Of a DNA stretch of 32,000 nt, positions 1-8,757 are shown one piece after another. How positions within the stretch are numbered: the stretch's first letter is position 1; every line of letters begins with the position of its first letter. The position numbers and the translations under genes were made by a program. Location of the stretch: contig NC_010296.1 in the NCBI RefSeq assembly GCF_000010625.1, forward strand, positions 4,050,001 to 4,082,000, given 5' to 3'. Origin of the DNA: Microcystis aeruginosa NIES-843 (GTDB lineage Bacteria > Cyanobacteriota > Cyanobacteriia > Cyanobacteriales > Microcystaceae). The notes under the pieces are model-generated. The model worked only from the letters and a program-made list of their open reading frames with translations, searched no databases and had not been told where the DNA came from.

Positions 1-624
1 ATGACATCCCCTTTTTTGCAAAGGATAAATACCGATCGCTAAGAGCAGGTTGAGCAGCACGATCGCCCAACTGATGCCCCAGGGGGTCTCAATTTGGGCT
101 AAGGCGTTATGAAATATCGGCGATACTAGGTTGGGAGCTAGTTCCACGGTCATTAATTGTCGCCAGTAGGGAATTAGTCCCGTTAGATAGAAATATACAT
201 CGGTGATGGCCGTTCCTAACAAAGAACCCAGATAGAAAAGATTGCCCACTTTGCCACGACCTTTGTATAGTCCCCAGAGAACAAAGGGCAGCCCGATCGC
301 TTCCATGGGAATATGGATCAACGGTTCCCAACGCCACCAACCCCAGTACAGAGAACCTGCTAACCAACTCCAACTAAAGCCCAAAAGTAAATCCCCCCAA
401 AGACTGATTTTTTCTTGTTTGAGCAGCCAAACCCCTAACCCCACCCAGAAAAAGGTTAAACCTAGGCTAACTTCGGGATAGTAGCGCACTAGGGGCGCTT
501 GTATGAATACGGGGACTGATACCAGAAATGCTGCTGTCCAAAAGACGGATTGACATTTTTCCCAGTTAGGGACTAGGGGTTTCAGGCGATCGGGATTGCT
601 GGAAACTAGGGTAGAGTTGAGCAA
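1..624 (-). CDS. DUF3120-like multi-pass membrane protein (3' end runs off the window start)
   Basis: Not in the ORF track because it has no ATG and is open to position 1. The minus-strand frame is open from a TTG at 622-624. It reads ..NWEKCQSVFWTAAFLVSVPVFIQAPLVRYYPEVSLGLTFFWVGLGVWLL..GWWRWEPLIHIPMEAIGLPFVLWGLYKG..LTGLIPYWRQLM.., a run of hydrophobic helices. The DUF3120 assignment is from memory and the start codon is uncertain. Confidence 0.5.
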   Translation of the reverse strand, partial: MLNSTLVSSNPDRLKPLVPNWEKCQSVFWTAAFLVSVPVFIQAPLVRYYPEVSLGLTFFWVGLGVWLLKQEKISLWGDLLLGFSWSWLAGSLYWGWWRWEPLIHIPMEAIGLPFVLWGLYKGRGKVGNLFYLGSLLGTAITDVYFYLTGLIPYWRQLMTVELAPNLVSPIFHNALAQIETPWGISWAIVLLNLLLAIGIYPLQKRGCH

Positions 625-787
625 AGGATTTCAGAATTGTTACGAAACTTTACTCACATTAATATACATCATTCTCTCTCTACTATATCCCCCCTAGGGG
701 GATTTGGGGAAATTTAAAAATTGTTTTTGGCAATGCGCTATCCTGTTAAAATCGAAACGACAGCAGCGATCGAGGAGTGCAAAAAAT

Positions 788-1456
788 ATGGCAGCGGGCC
801 ATGAAGAAAATCCGAGAATGCCCCTAGATAAAGTTATTTTTGTCATTGCTTGCGTCTATCTAGGTTGGGTGGTGGCATGGCTAATCAGTCAAAAAAATGC
901 CCCTGTCTCTCAAAATGGCACGATTTCCCAGGAAGAGCAAAAATTTATCGCCTATCTGCAATCATCCCTGGCTATTATCGATCGCCAAGGTCAAACTTCA
1001 TCCCCCGATCCTGATCCTGATCCCCAAAATAACCCTTCTCCGGTAGCCACGGTTCCACCACCACCCCCCGCTAATTTACCGGTTAATAATACTCCCCAGA
1101 TCATAGAAAGAATTTACGTTCCCGTTTATCCCCAAACCCCTGAAACTGCTGCCAAAATTGCCCCGGTTACACCCGCAAATCCCGACATTTCCGCGCCACC
1201 ATTACCGGCTGCCCCCCAAGTGAATCGGCCGTTGGCAGCGGTTATTCCCACTAATAATCAGGTGAAAAATACCCTGGTGGGGGTGATGGATTTAGGCGAT
1301 CGATCTTCAGCTTTATTTGATAATAAGGGGATAACTATGCGTATTTCTCCGGGGGAATTTATCAACGGTTGGACTTTAGTGGAAGTTGGTAGTCAACAGG
1401 TTATTTTGTCTCGCAACGGGCAAACGAAAGTCTTAGAAGTGGGACAATCTTTTTAG
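788..1456 (+). CDS. Membrane-anchored proline-rich hypothetical protein
   Basis: This is ORF-track frame 704..1456. I prefer the ATG at 788, which has GGAG about 10 nt upstream. It has one N-terminal TM helix (VIFVIACVYLGWVVAWLI), a Pro-rich linker (DPDPDPQNNPSPVATVPPPPPANLP) and a beta-rich C-terminal ~60 aa. No family recognised. Confidence 0.55.
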   Translation: MAAGHEENPRMPLDKVIFVIACVYLGWVVAWLISQKNAPVSQNGTISQEEQKFIAYLQSSLAIIDRQGQTSSPDPDPDPQNNPSPVATVPPPPPANLPVNNTPQIIERIYVPVYPQTPETAAKIAPVTPANPDISAPPLPAAPQVNRPLAAVIPTNNQVKNTLVGVMDLGDRSSALFDNKGITMRISPGEFINGWTLVEVGSQQVILSRNGQTKVLEVGQSF

Positions 1457-1634
1457 GGTGAACTACCCGCTGGGCGAGATTGTCGGGGCTTCTGAACTCA
1501 CGGGGGAATGCCTGAAGATAGACTTACGCCCACCTGGCGGATTTGGTATGATAGAGACAATTAGAACAGGTTTGAGAACTAGGGAAAAATCTATCAATCT
1601 CCATCAATAAAACACCTGATTGACAAACATTTTG

Positions 1635-2396
1635 TTAACGAAGAAAATAAACTGTAGCGGTAATAATACTCAGAATTACCACAGTCCAGCGCAGATAACT
1701 AGGAGAGATAATTCTAGCTAGTTTTCCCCCCAATAAACCCCCAATTAAAGAACCAATTGCTACCACTATCGCCGCCGACCAATATACCTGATTAGAAAAG
1801 AGAAAAAACCAAGATGCCGCCACGTTAACCACCAAAGAAAGCAACTGTTTTAAAGCATTTAATCTCGTGAGATTATCCTTGAGAAATAAGCCCAAAATTG
1901 CCAACTCGATCACACCTAAACCCGCTCCAAAATAACCACCATAAATTGAAGCGAGAGCGATGGGTAAAAACGCCCAAATTTCCGGTATATTGCCCTTTTT
2001 GTCCCCCTGTCGCCGCTGCAAACAAGAGCGTAAAGTATCTTGAAAAGCCAATAAAGCCGCCGCTAAAAGAATCAGAAAAGGAATCAGTCGGTCAAACACT
2101 TGATCGCTGCTATTTAACAGCAAAATACCACCGATAATGCCGCCAATAACTGCCGATGGTAGCAATAACTGAATCCGTTTTTGTTGCCCGTGCAGGTCTT
2201 TTTTTTGGGCGAGAGTTGCCCCCAGATAACCCGGGCATAAAGCGACGGTATTAGTCACATTTGCCATTACCGGTGGGATACCCACCGCCATCAGCGTCGG
2301 AAAAGTAATCAGACTACCGCCACCGGCAAGAGCATTAATTAAGCCGGCAGCCACGGCAGCGATTACTAGGAAGCCATACTGAATAGGCGTGAGCAT
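1635..2396 (-). CDS. TauE/SafE family sulfite/anion exporter
   Basis: 253-aa polytopic membrane protein with Gly-rich helices (LINALAGGGSLITFP, YGGYFGAGLGV), typical of TauE/SafE (DUF81). Its start abuts the stop of the upstream gene at 2397. Confidence 0.85.
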   Translation of the reverse strand: MLTPIQYGFLVIAAVAAGLINALAGGGSLITFPTLMAVGIPPVMANVTNTVALCPGYLGATLAQKKDLHGQQKRIQLLLPSAVIGGIIGGILLLNSSDQVFDRLIPFLILLAAALLAFQDTLRSCLQRRQGDKKGNIPEIWAFLPIALASIYGGYFGAGLGVIELAILGLFLKDNLTRLNALKQLLSLVVNVAASWFFLFSNQVYWSAAIVVAIGSLIGGLLGGKLARIISPSYLRWTVVILSIITATVYFLR

Positions 2397-2948
2397 TTAG
2401 GCGTTAGGGATAGTAATTAGGGCTAAATCAATTTTTTCCTCGTCAACTTGCTTAATTTCGGCTCTAATTCCTGGTCCAAAGTATCTTTCGATTTTTTCTT
2501 GTTTTGCCAGCCACTTTTCTAGGGGTAAAAGGGGCGATTCAAATTCTAGGGTGAGACAATAGGCGGAATCAACAGCAGTTTCACGAATTGCCACTAAAGT
2601 CGGTCTTTCCTCGTCCGTGGGGCTTAATCCCAGCTTTTCTAGGGCTTCATCCAGATGCACTTCCTGTCCGTAGCGATAGCGGGTGACATCGTTGCGAAGT
2701 TTGGTTTGGGTGACAGTAGCCTGTTGTTGGCGCAATTGCAAGATTTCGGGGCTAGTGGGTTGACTGAAGGGTATAGGTTTGATTTCTGAAGCTTTTAGGG
2801 CTAAACCTCCCAATAATAACGGTAATCCGTAGAAAAACCCCGCTAAATTGACCGTGGCGTTACCTTGGGCATAACCGATAATCCCGATAACCGTTAAAAT
2901 ACTGCCTAAAATTAAGCCAAAGTATGATAGTCTAATTTTCCTGAGCAT
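2397..2948 (-). CDS. DUF2854-like membrane protein (cyanobacteria/plastid-lineage conserved)
   Basis: 183 aa with two N-terminal TM helices, then a soluble domain (VTRYRYGQEVHLDEALEKLGL..). Zero-nt gap to the TauE start suggests translational coupling. Family name is from memory. Confidence 0.6.
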   Translation of the reverse strand: MLRKIRLSYFGLILGSILTVIGIIGYAQGNATVNLAGFFYGLPLLLGGLALKASEIKPIPFSQPTSPEILQLRQQQATVTQTKLRNDVTRYRYGQEVHLDEALEKLGLSPTDEERPTLVAIRETAVDSAYCLTLEFESPLLPLEKWLAKQEKIERYFGPGIRAEIKQVDEEKIDLALITIPNA

Positions 2949-3075
2949 GAAATAATTTTTTTCTTGAGTACGCTAATCCTTTAGAGATTATACAACTCCA
3001 AAGAATCTTTTTTGCAGATGGGCAGTGGGGAGATTTTTCAGTTATTAGCGACTGAAGGCAATTAGTGTCTATTGC

Positions 3076-4788
3076 CTATTGCCGATGTACTCGCAATTTC
3101 TCAATTAATTGAGATAATTTCTGGTCAGAAGCGGCAGTAATAAAGTCTAATTTAAACTTTTGTCCCTGACTGAGATATTCTGCATAACTAGACCGAAGAA
3201 AAGGACGAAACTTTTCATTATCAGCAATATAAACTTCAAAAAAAGAGACCAATAAAGCCCCCGCATAATCCTCGATTAAATTTTGATCGGGTAAAGTGAT
3301 ATCGACCACAGACTCCAGGGTTTTTTGCATTCCTGCATCCAATTCTGTAAAATTTACATGAGCTTGTCCCTCCACCATGGCCAGATATTTATCCGGCGTT
3401 TTTAACCAAGTAAAAGGAATGGCCTGTTCAAAAATCGGATTAGCTGCTGGGTCATAACTTCCGGAACCTAAGAGGACAGGAATCGAGATTTTACTTAAAC
3501 CTTTTTCCCCAAAAATACTGCGGTTAACGGGATTAGCTGCAAAGACAGCCGTGACTCGTTCATCGCGAAAATTATAGACCTGTCTAGGCAATTCTAGGGC
3601 GCGACATTCCAGTAAAATAGCGATATTAATCCCAGAGTAAGGACGGTTACAATCTTGGGCGAGATTATCAAAATCAATTTGTGCGCCGGCAACAGCTAGA
3701 GATGTATAACCTCCGAAGGAATGACCCGCTACTCCCACATTAGTGAGGTTAAGTTTACCTTGAAATTGACTAGCATTTCGTCTGGCTAATTCATCGATGA
3801 CAAAGCTAATATCTTTGGGTCGATTAATAAACTCATTGCCATCAAAAATATTGCGATAATACCCCCCTAACATTCCTTGTAGGTATTGGGTATCACTGCC
3901 GGGGTGTTGCGGTGCCGCTACTAAAAATCCGTAGGAAGCTAGATGTTCAATTGCTTGGGCATAATCTTCCGGTCGCGAGGCTAATCCGTGGGAAAAAATA
4001 ATTACAGGTGTTTTGCCTTCTCGGAAAGTTTGCGGGATATAAACATTCACATATAAACTGCGATTGCGACTGCTATCGGTTAGGTTCCAAACTTCTTTTT
4101 TTACCTGAAAGCTACCGCGCTGACGCAAATCGGGTAAACTGGCATAATTAATCGCTGGTTTAACGGCAGCGGCTTCCTCGGCTGTCCAGAGGCGCATATC
4201 TTTGATAAATATTTCCGCCACATAAACCGCATAATCGATGGTTTTAGCTAATCCGAGGATTTCTTCCCCCTGTAACTGTATATTATTGGGGAATTTTTTC
4301 AGGACATTTAAAAGGGTTAATCCCCCCGGATCGAAAGCGGCACTAACAATGGCACCCCGCAGGGCATATTTACCATTAATTCCCCCTTCAATGGTGATGC
4401 CTTTGCCCAAACGAGAGAGCATATCAGCACCCATCACACTATTAAAAAAACGAGATAGTAAAATAGGATCGATGTCAATTTTTGTTAATAAAGCTTCACG
4501 AAACTGCTCTCTTGCTTCGGGAGTTGCTCTGGCAAGAAATCTTTTTAAATTAGCATCAATCTTTCCTCCTTTAGCAAAATTTTCTAGGGATGCTACCGAT
4601 ACAGAAAAGACGAGGGGAGTATAGACAAATTCAATTTCTTCAGCGGCTTTTAGGGGTAAAGCGGTCATACCCACAGCGAAAAGACCTAGGAGGAAAGCTC
4701 GCAGCCGACGGGTGGAATTATTTCTGGGAAAACGATTTTGTAAACGGGGGATAATCATGGGATTTTTAGTTAGGGTAGATGACAACAA
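3076..4788 (-). CDS. Secreted alpha/beta hydrolase (DUF1400-type N-terminal region plus serine hydrolase domain)
   Basis: 570 aa with a signal-like N-terminus (LLGLFAVGMTALPLKA) and the nucleophile elbow GHSFGG in VGVAGHSFGGYTSLAVAG. The fold resembles dienelactone hydrolase / PAF-acetylhydrolase. An alternative start at 4758 (MIIPRLQ) is possible. Confidence 0.8.
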   Translation of the reverse strand: MLSSTLTKNPMIIPRLQNRFPRNNSTRRLRAFLLGLFAVGMTALPLKAAEEIEFVYTPLVFSVSVASLENFAKGGKIDANLKRFLARATPEAREQFREALLTKIDIDPILLSRFFNSVMGADMLSRLGKGITIEGGINGKYALRGAIVSAAFDPGGLTLLNVLKKFPNNIQLQGEEILGLAKTIDYAVYVAEIFIKDMRLWTAEEAAAVKPAINYASLPDLRQRGSFQVKKEVWNLTDSSRNRSLYVNVYIPQTFREGKTPVIIFSHGLASRPEDYAQAIEHLASYGFLVAAPQHPGSDTQYLQGMLGGYYRNIFDGNEFINRPKDISFVIDELARRNASQFQGKLNLTNVGVAGHSFGGYTSLAVAGAQIDFDNLAQDCNRPYSGINIAILLECRALELPRQVYNFRDERVTAVFAANPVNRSIFGEKGLSKISIPVLLGSGSYDPAANPIFEQAIPFTWLKTPDKYLAMVEGQAHVNFTELDAGMQKTLESVVDITLPDQNLIEDYAGALLVSFFEVYIADNEKFRPFLRSSYAEYLSQGQKFKLDFITAASDQKLSQLIEKLRVHRQ

Positions 4789-5169
4789 TTAAAAGGGAAA
4801 AGTAGCATACGGTCGGTTGAAAAACGTTCTTGGTTACTTGGTTTCCTTGACCACCGATTAAAGGTATCGGAACGCGGGTTTCTGAGGTACTAAGGAGCCA
4901 ATTTAAGACTAGGGCAAGCGATAAAGTGCCAAGCAAAGTAGAACCAAAAAGCATGAGCAAAACCTCGATAGATTAATCTGGGAGATTTTGATTCTAGATT
5001 ATTGAGTATTTCTGAGTATAACATCTAAGGTAGATATTATATTAAAGTTGTTTTTATGTCAAGACATGAGTCATTAATAAAAAAACAATAAATACATAAA
5101 TTTAATAAGTGAAAGTGATATATTTTGAGATGAAAATAATCCGATAGGGTTTTTGACTGGGATAAATTG

Positions 5170-6480
5170 CTAATTATTGCGAATGTGAATATCTTGCTGC
5201 GGGAAGGGAATCTCGATACCCTGTTGAGTAAACCTATCAAGAATAGCACAATTAATATCACTAATGACTCGCTTTTTTCTATTAACATCATCCAACCAGA
5301 ACTTTAATTCAAAGTTTAAACTAGAATGATCAAAATTAAGAAAAAAAGCTACTGGTTGCGGGTTTTTAAGTATATGAGGATGTTGGTCAGCAATGTCTAG
5401 CAATAAATTCATCACCTGTTGGGCGTTAGAATTATAACCAACTCCGATAACAATTGAACAATAAATCAAGTTATCACTACCCGTGTAGGTGGTGACATCC
5501 TCAGTAAAAAACTTTTGATTGGGAATAATTTTTTCGGAATTGTCTGTAAGAATTTGCACTGTTGTCGCTCGAATACCTAGCTTTTTTACCTGAGAAGTCT
5601 GTCCTTCAATATTAATGATATCACCGGGTTTGAGAACTTTTTCAAATAATAGTAAAATACCGCTAATGAAATTACTTACCACTTGCTGCATACCGAAACC
5701 AATACCCACCGATAAACCGCCAGTAATTGCCGCTATTGCCGTTGCATTAACTCCCACATAACCCAAGATGAGAATAAAACCTAAGACAATGAAAAAATAA
5801 CGTCCTAACAGTAAAGTTGCTTCAATTTCACCGCGACTCGCTTGCTGATTTAAATTAGTAATGCTCAGAATTATACTCTCTATAAGAACAACAATAATTA
5901 CCAGAAAATAGGGAGCTATTATCAAAATAAATATGCTTCTCAATGTGATCGGACTATTGAATAAATTGAAGGGAGATACTTGGGCAATTTCTTGAATATT
6001 ATTGTAAACACCAATAATATTTCTCAGGAGGAATAATACCAATAAAGGTGCTAAAAGCCGACCATGATAATATTTAATTGTTTTGACGGAAAACTTGGCG
6101 TATAATCCAGCTAATAAACAACGATAAATCAAATAAAAAAATATTAATTGTATGGATAAATTAATCATTCCTCTTGTCCAGTTTTGACTGAAAAAAATTA
6201 GATACTTTAAGTTAAGTAAAATTAGACTAATAACTGGGAAATTAAGAAACTGTATCAGGATAGCAAAATATTGACGGAGGGTTAATTTTTTATCACTATG
6301 GATAAAACTGGTGACGGGAGGAAATCTTTTTTCCAAGTAAGACCATAACCATTTTGATAATAACCAAGCAAGAATTAAAGAAAGAAAAATGATCGTTAAT
6401 TGACTTTGAACATTTCTGCGTCCTAAAAATAATAATTGGTTAGCAATTATTTCCGAAAGAGAGGGAATATTGTTGTTCAT
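5170..6480 (-). CDS. Mechanosensitive ion channel, MscS family
   Basis: 436 aa with several N-terminal TM helices, then the MscS pore/beta-domain signature GGLSVGIGFGMQQVVSNFISGILLLFEKVLKPGDIINIEG. By eye the DNA is AT-rich compared with its neighbours. Confidence 0.9.
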   Translation of the reverse strand: MNNNIPSLSEIIANQLLFLGRRNVQSQLTIIFLSLILAWLLSKWLWSYLEKRFPPVTSFIHSDKKLTLRQYFAILIQFLNFPVISLILLNLKYLIFFSQNWTRGMINLSIQLIFFYLIYRCLLAGLYAKFSVKTIKYYHGRLLAPLLVLFLLRNIIGVYNNIQEIAQVSPFNLFNSPITLRSIFILIIAPYFLVIIVVLIESIILSITNLNQQASRGEIEATLLLGRYFFIVLGFILILGYVGVNATAIAAITGGLSVGIGFGMQQVVSNFISGILLLFEKVLKPGDIINIEGQTSQVKKLGIRATTVQILTDNSEKIIPNQKFFTEDVTTYTGSDNLIYCSIVIGVGYNSNAQQVMNLLLDIADQHPHILKNPQPVAFFLNFDHSSLNFELKFWLDDVNRKKRVISDINCAILDRFTQQGIEIPFPQQDIHIRNN

Positions 6481-6482
6481 AA

Positions 6483-7775
6483 TTAATTTATTTTCCTGAC
6501 TTCCTGATCGAGACCTGATTGAATATAAAGTGTCAGTTTTTGGGCTGCTGCTGAGGAAGATATTTCACCAGCGATCGCTCTTTCATACCAAAATTCTCCT
6601 TCTTCTAAAATTTTATTCAACTTTTCCCAATCATCCAGAGGAACTGCCACGGCATTTTGAGATTGTTGTAATAATACCGATTCAATCGGTAGTAAATTTC
6701 CTTCGATCTGCACCCGTCGATTAGTGGGAATAAAACTTTCTGTTTGGATGATTGCTTGTAATTGTTGTTCGGGATTGGTGAGAAATTTTCCTAAAGCTAA
6801 TCCCAAACTATTTTCATTATCACTATTATTGCGATTAAATACCATCACCCGTGTATAGAGAATTGGTGCTGCTTTACCTTGAGTTTCTTGGGGAAGTAAA
6901 GCGACTCTGAGATCATCTTGTAGGCTGTTTTTTAAATCGGCAATTTCAACAGAATTACACACATAATAGGTTAAGCGGCCTCTAGCAAAAGCATCATGAA
7001 GTAATTCCCGTTGACGATTGAGGATAAAATTAGGCTGTGACGAGGCAAATTTTAGCCATTCTAGCCATTTTGCCCAACCATCTAGGCGAGGTTGCAGCCG
7101 ACCCTGATCATCCCACAAATAGCCGCCAAAAATTGCCATTCCCCAAAAAGTATCTTCAAAAGAGGACACCATCCCCACAGAATAGCCTTTGCGCGCACGT
7201 TCCACTAATCCCCCTAAACTGGTGGGAGGTTGCTTCAGTAGCGGATCGGGACTAACTTGTAATTTTTTTTGATTATAACACAGTACATTGGTACGAGAAC
7301 CTAAGGGAATACCATAGATTTTTCCTTGATAGCTAACTTGTTTCAGCGTCGGGGGATAATAAATAGATAAATCTAGATTGTTCTGGTCAATTTCCTCCAG
7401 TACTCCTTGGGATACTAATCTGGGTATATTTCTCGAAAAAATTAGAATAACACTCGCACCCAATCCGCTTTGAGATTGTTTAAAAAAACGTTCGGGTATC
7501 TCATCGATAGTAATAGCTTGTTCAAGAATTGTCACTTGCGGATTTAATTTTTCAAACTCTTGCAAACCGAGACCTACTACTTCAGTTAAATTGCCCTCTT
7601 CTGGATACCAAACCAAAAGGGTTCCTTGCCGTTGCTCCGATGATTGGTTAGGAAGATCACTAAAACAAGCATAAAGAAAAATTGGCATCAGGATAAAAAG
7701 CAATAGGAGCGATATAATTCCCCTTATTTTTTTACTTCTCCAAACAGTTTTAACTCTGAGCCTTAGAAATTGCAT
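6483..7775 (-). CDS. Extracellular solute-binding lipoprotein (ABC-type, family-1/sugar-like SBP)
   Basis: 430 aa. Signal peptide with a lipobox-like LYAC. SBP family-1 pattern (LLVWYPEE..FEKLNPQVTI..YQGKIYGIPLGSRTNVLCYNQKKL). Its stop lies 2 nt from the MscS start. No permease or ATPase gene is adjacent. Confidence 0.75.
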   Translation of the reverse strand: MQFLRLRVKTVWRSKKIRGIISLLLLFILMPIFLYACFSDLPNQSSEQRQGTLLVWYPEEGNLTEVVGLGLQEFEKLNPQVTILEQAITIDEIPERFFKQSQSGLGASVILIFSRNIPRLVSQGVLEEIDQNNLDLSIYYPPTLKQVSYQGKIYGIPLGSRTNVLCYNQKKLQVSPDPLLKQPPTSLGGLVERARKGYSVGMVSSFEDTFWGMAIFGGYLWDDQGRLQPRLDGWAKWLEWLKFASSQPNFILNRQRELLHDAFARGRLTYYVCNSVEIADLKNSLQDDLRVALLPQETQGKAAPILYTRVMVFNRNNSDNENSLGLALGKFLTNPEQQLQAIIQTESFIPTNRRVQIEGNLLPIESVLLQQSQNAVAVPLDDWEKLNKILEEGEFWYERAIAGEISSSAAAQKLTLYIQSGLDQEVRKIN

Positions 7776-8065
7776 CGCTCGTGATCCTTCAACAATCTTG
7801 CCATATATTCATAGTACATGAAAAGGTGAATAATATTATCGCGCCAATGGTAGGGGCGCACCGTGGTCAGTGAGTTTATCGAACTGCGTGCGCCCAAATC
7901 TAATATAGATATTTCTACAAAAGCGAGTTTCCTAGTTTATTTTCTAACACTATAATACCCAGTTTAAATGGGCAACAGCTTCAGGAAACTGTGCTTAGTA
8001 TGAGATGAGTAAAATTCCTGTTATTAATAATTATGTCATGACGAGGGGGTGATACCCGCCTTAAC

Positions 8066-8110
8066 TTTACTGTATCAACCAAGACCCCGCCGAAGCAATT
8101 TTTACTGTAT
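8066..8110 (+). promoter_or_regulatory. Candidate operator/promoter region of hicB-hicA: two exact TTTACTGTAT direct repeats
   Basis: The 10-bp repeat sits at 8066-8075 and again at 8101-8110, a 35-bp period. A TAAAAT -10-like hexamer follows at 8121-8126, and the hicB ATG is at 8139. Confidence 0.25.
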
Positions 8111-8138
8111 GATTAGAGTTTAAAATGCGAGGTACTTT

Positions 8139-8348
8139 ATGAAACTATTTACAGCAATTATCGAAAGAGATCTAGAGACTAATCTCTATGTTGGTTATGT
8201 TCCTGGATTTGTGGGAGCGCATTCCCAAGGAGAAACCTTAGATGAGTTGCGAGAAAATTTACAAGAGGTGATTGAAATGTTATTAGAGGATGAAGATATT
8301 TCTCTGGAAACTGAGTTTATTGGTACACAACAAATTGCCGTTGCTTAG
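8139..8348 (+). CDS. hicB: HicB-family antitoxin
   Basis: 69 aa. The motif MKLFTAIIERDLETNLYVGYVPGFVGAHSQGETLDELRENLQEVIEMLLED matches the HicB/UPF0150 N-terminal fold pattern. A HicA gene follows directly. Confidence 0.8.
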   Translation: MKLFTAIIERDLETNLYVGYVPGFVGAHSQGETLDELRENLQEVIEMLLEDEDISLETEFIGTQQIAVA

Positions 8349-8349
8349 T

Positions 8350-8577
8350 ATGAGTAAAATTCCAGTCCTGAAAGCATCAGAGGTGATTCGCCTGTTGGAA
8401 AAGCGGAGATTTGTCCAAGTCCGTCAGCGTGGTTCCCACAAACAATTTCGCCATGAAGATGGTCGCAGTACGACGGTTCCCTTTCATAAAGGACGGGATA
8501 TTTCACCGACTTTATTAAGGGTCATTGCTGGTGATATTGGGTTAACAGTAGAGCAATTATTACAAGGGAGAGAGTAA
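8350..8577 (+). CDS. hicA: HicA-family mRNA interferase toxin
   Basis: The track ORF 8290..8577 is trimmed to the ATG at 8350, 1 nt after the hicB stop. MSKIPVLKASEVIRLLEKRRFVQVRQRGSHKQFRHEDGRSTTVPFHKGRDISPTLL is the YcfA/HicA pattern, with the conserved GSH. Confidence 0.8.
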   Translation: MSKIPVLKASEVIRLLEKRRFVQVRQRGSHKQFRHEDGRSTTVPFHKGRDISPTLLRVIAGDIGLTVEQLLQGRE

Positions 8578-8757
8578 CAATGTAAACGCTTATCGCCTTC
8601 CTCTCAGTCAGAACCGATAACCCCGAAATAAATGATGAAAACGTCAGCCAAGAAGCAATTTTTGCTTTATGATCAGAGTAATCCCCCAAACCTTTAGAGG
8701 CGTAAGCCTTACGCCTAAAACTTACATTTACGACCAAAACTTACGGACAAAATATCT

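Noticed and set aside
107-481. Track ORFs 107..373 (-) and 242..481 (+)
   Set aside because: Both overlap a third, much more protein-like minus-strand frame (the DUF3120-like membrane protein, open to the window edge). Their translations are compositionally odd.
1467-1540. Possible long-range helix (ccgctgggcg ... cgcccacctggcgg) enclosing ~50 nt in the convergent intergenic region; considered as a riboswitch, sRNA or terminator
   Set aside because: I recognise no riboswitch or RNA-family consensus in it. No U-run follows on either strand and there is no downstream gene to regulate. The pairing is imperfect and could be chance in GC-rich DNA.
4766-4960. 64-aa ORF upstream of and overlapping the hydrolase start
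   Set aside because: It has a hydrophobic N-terminus but no RBS or family signal, and it overlaps the 5' end of the hydrolase gene. It is more likely leader or promoter sequence.
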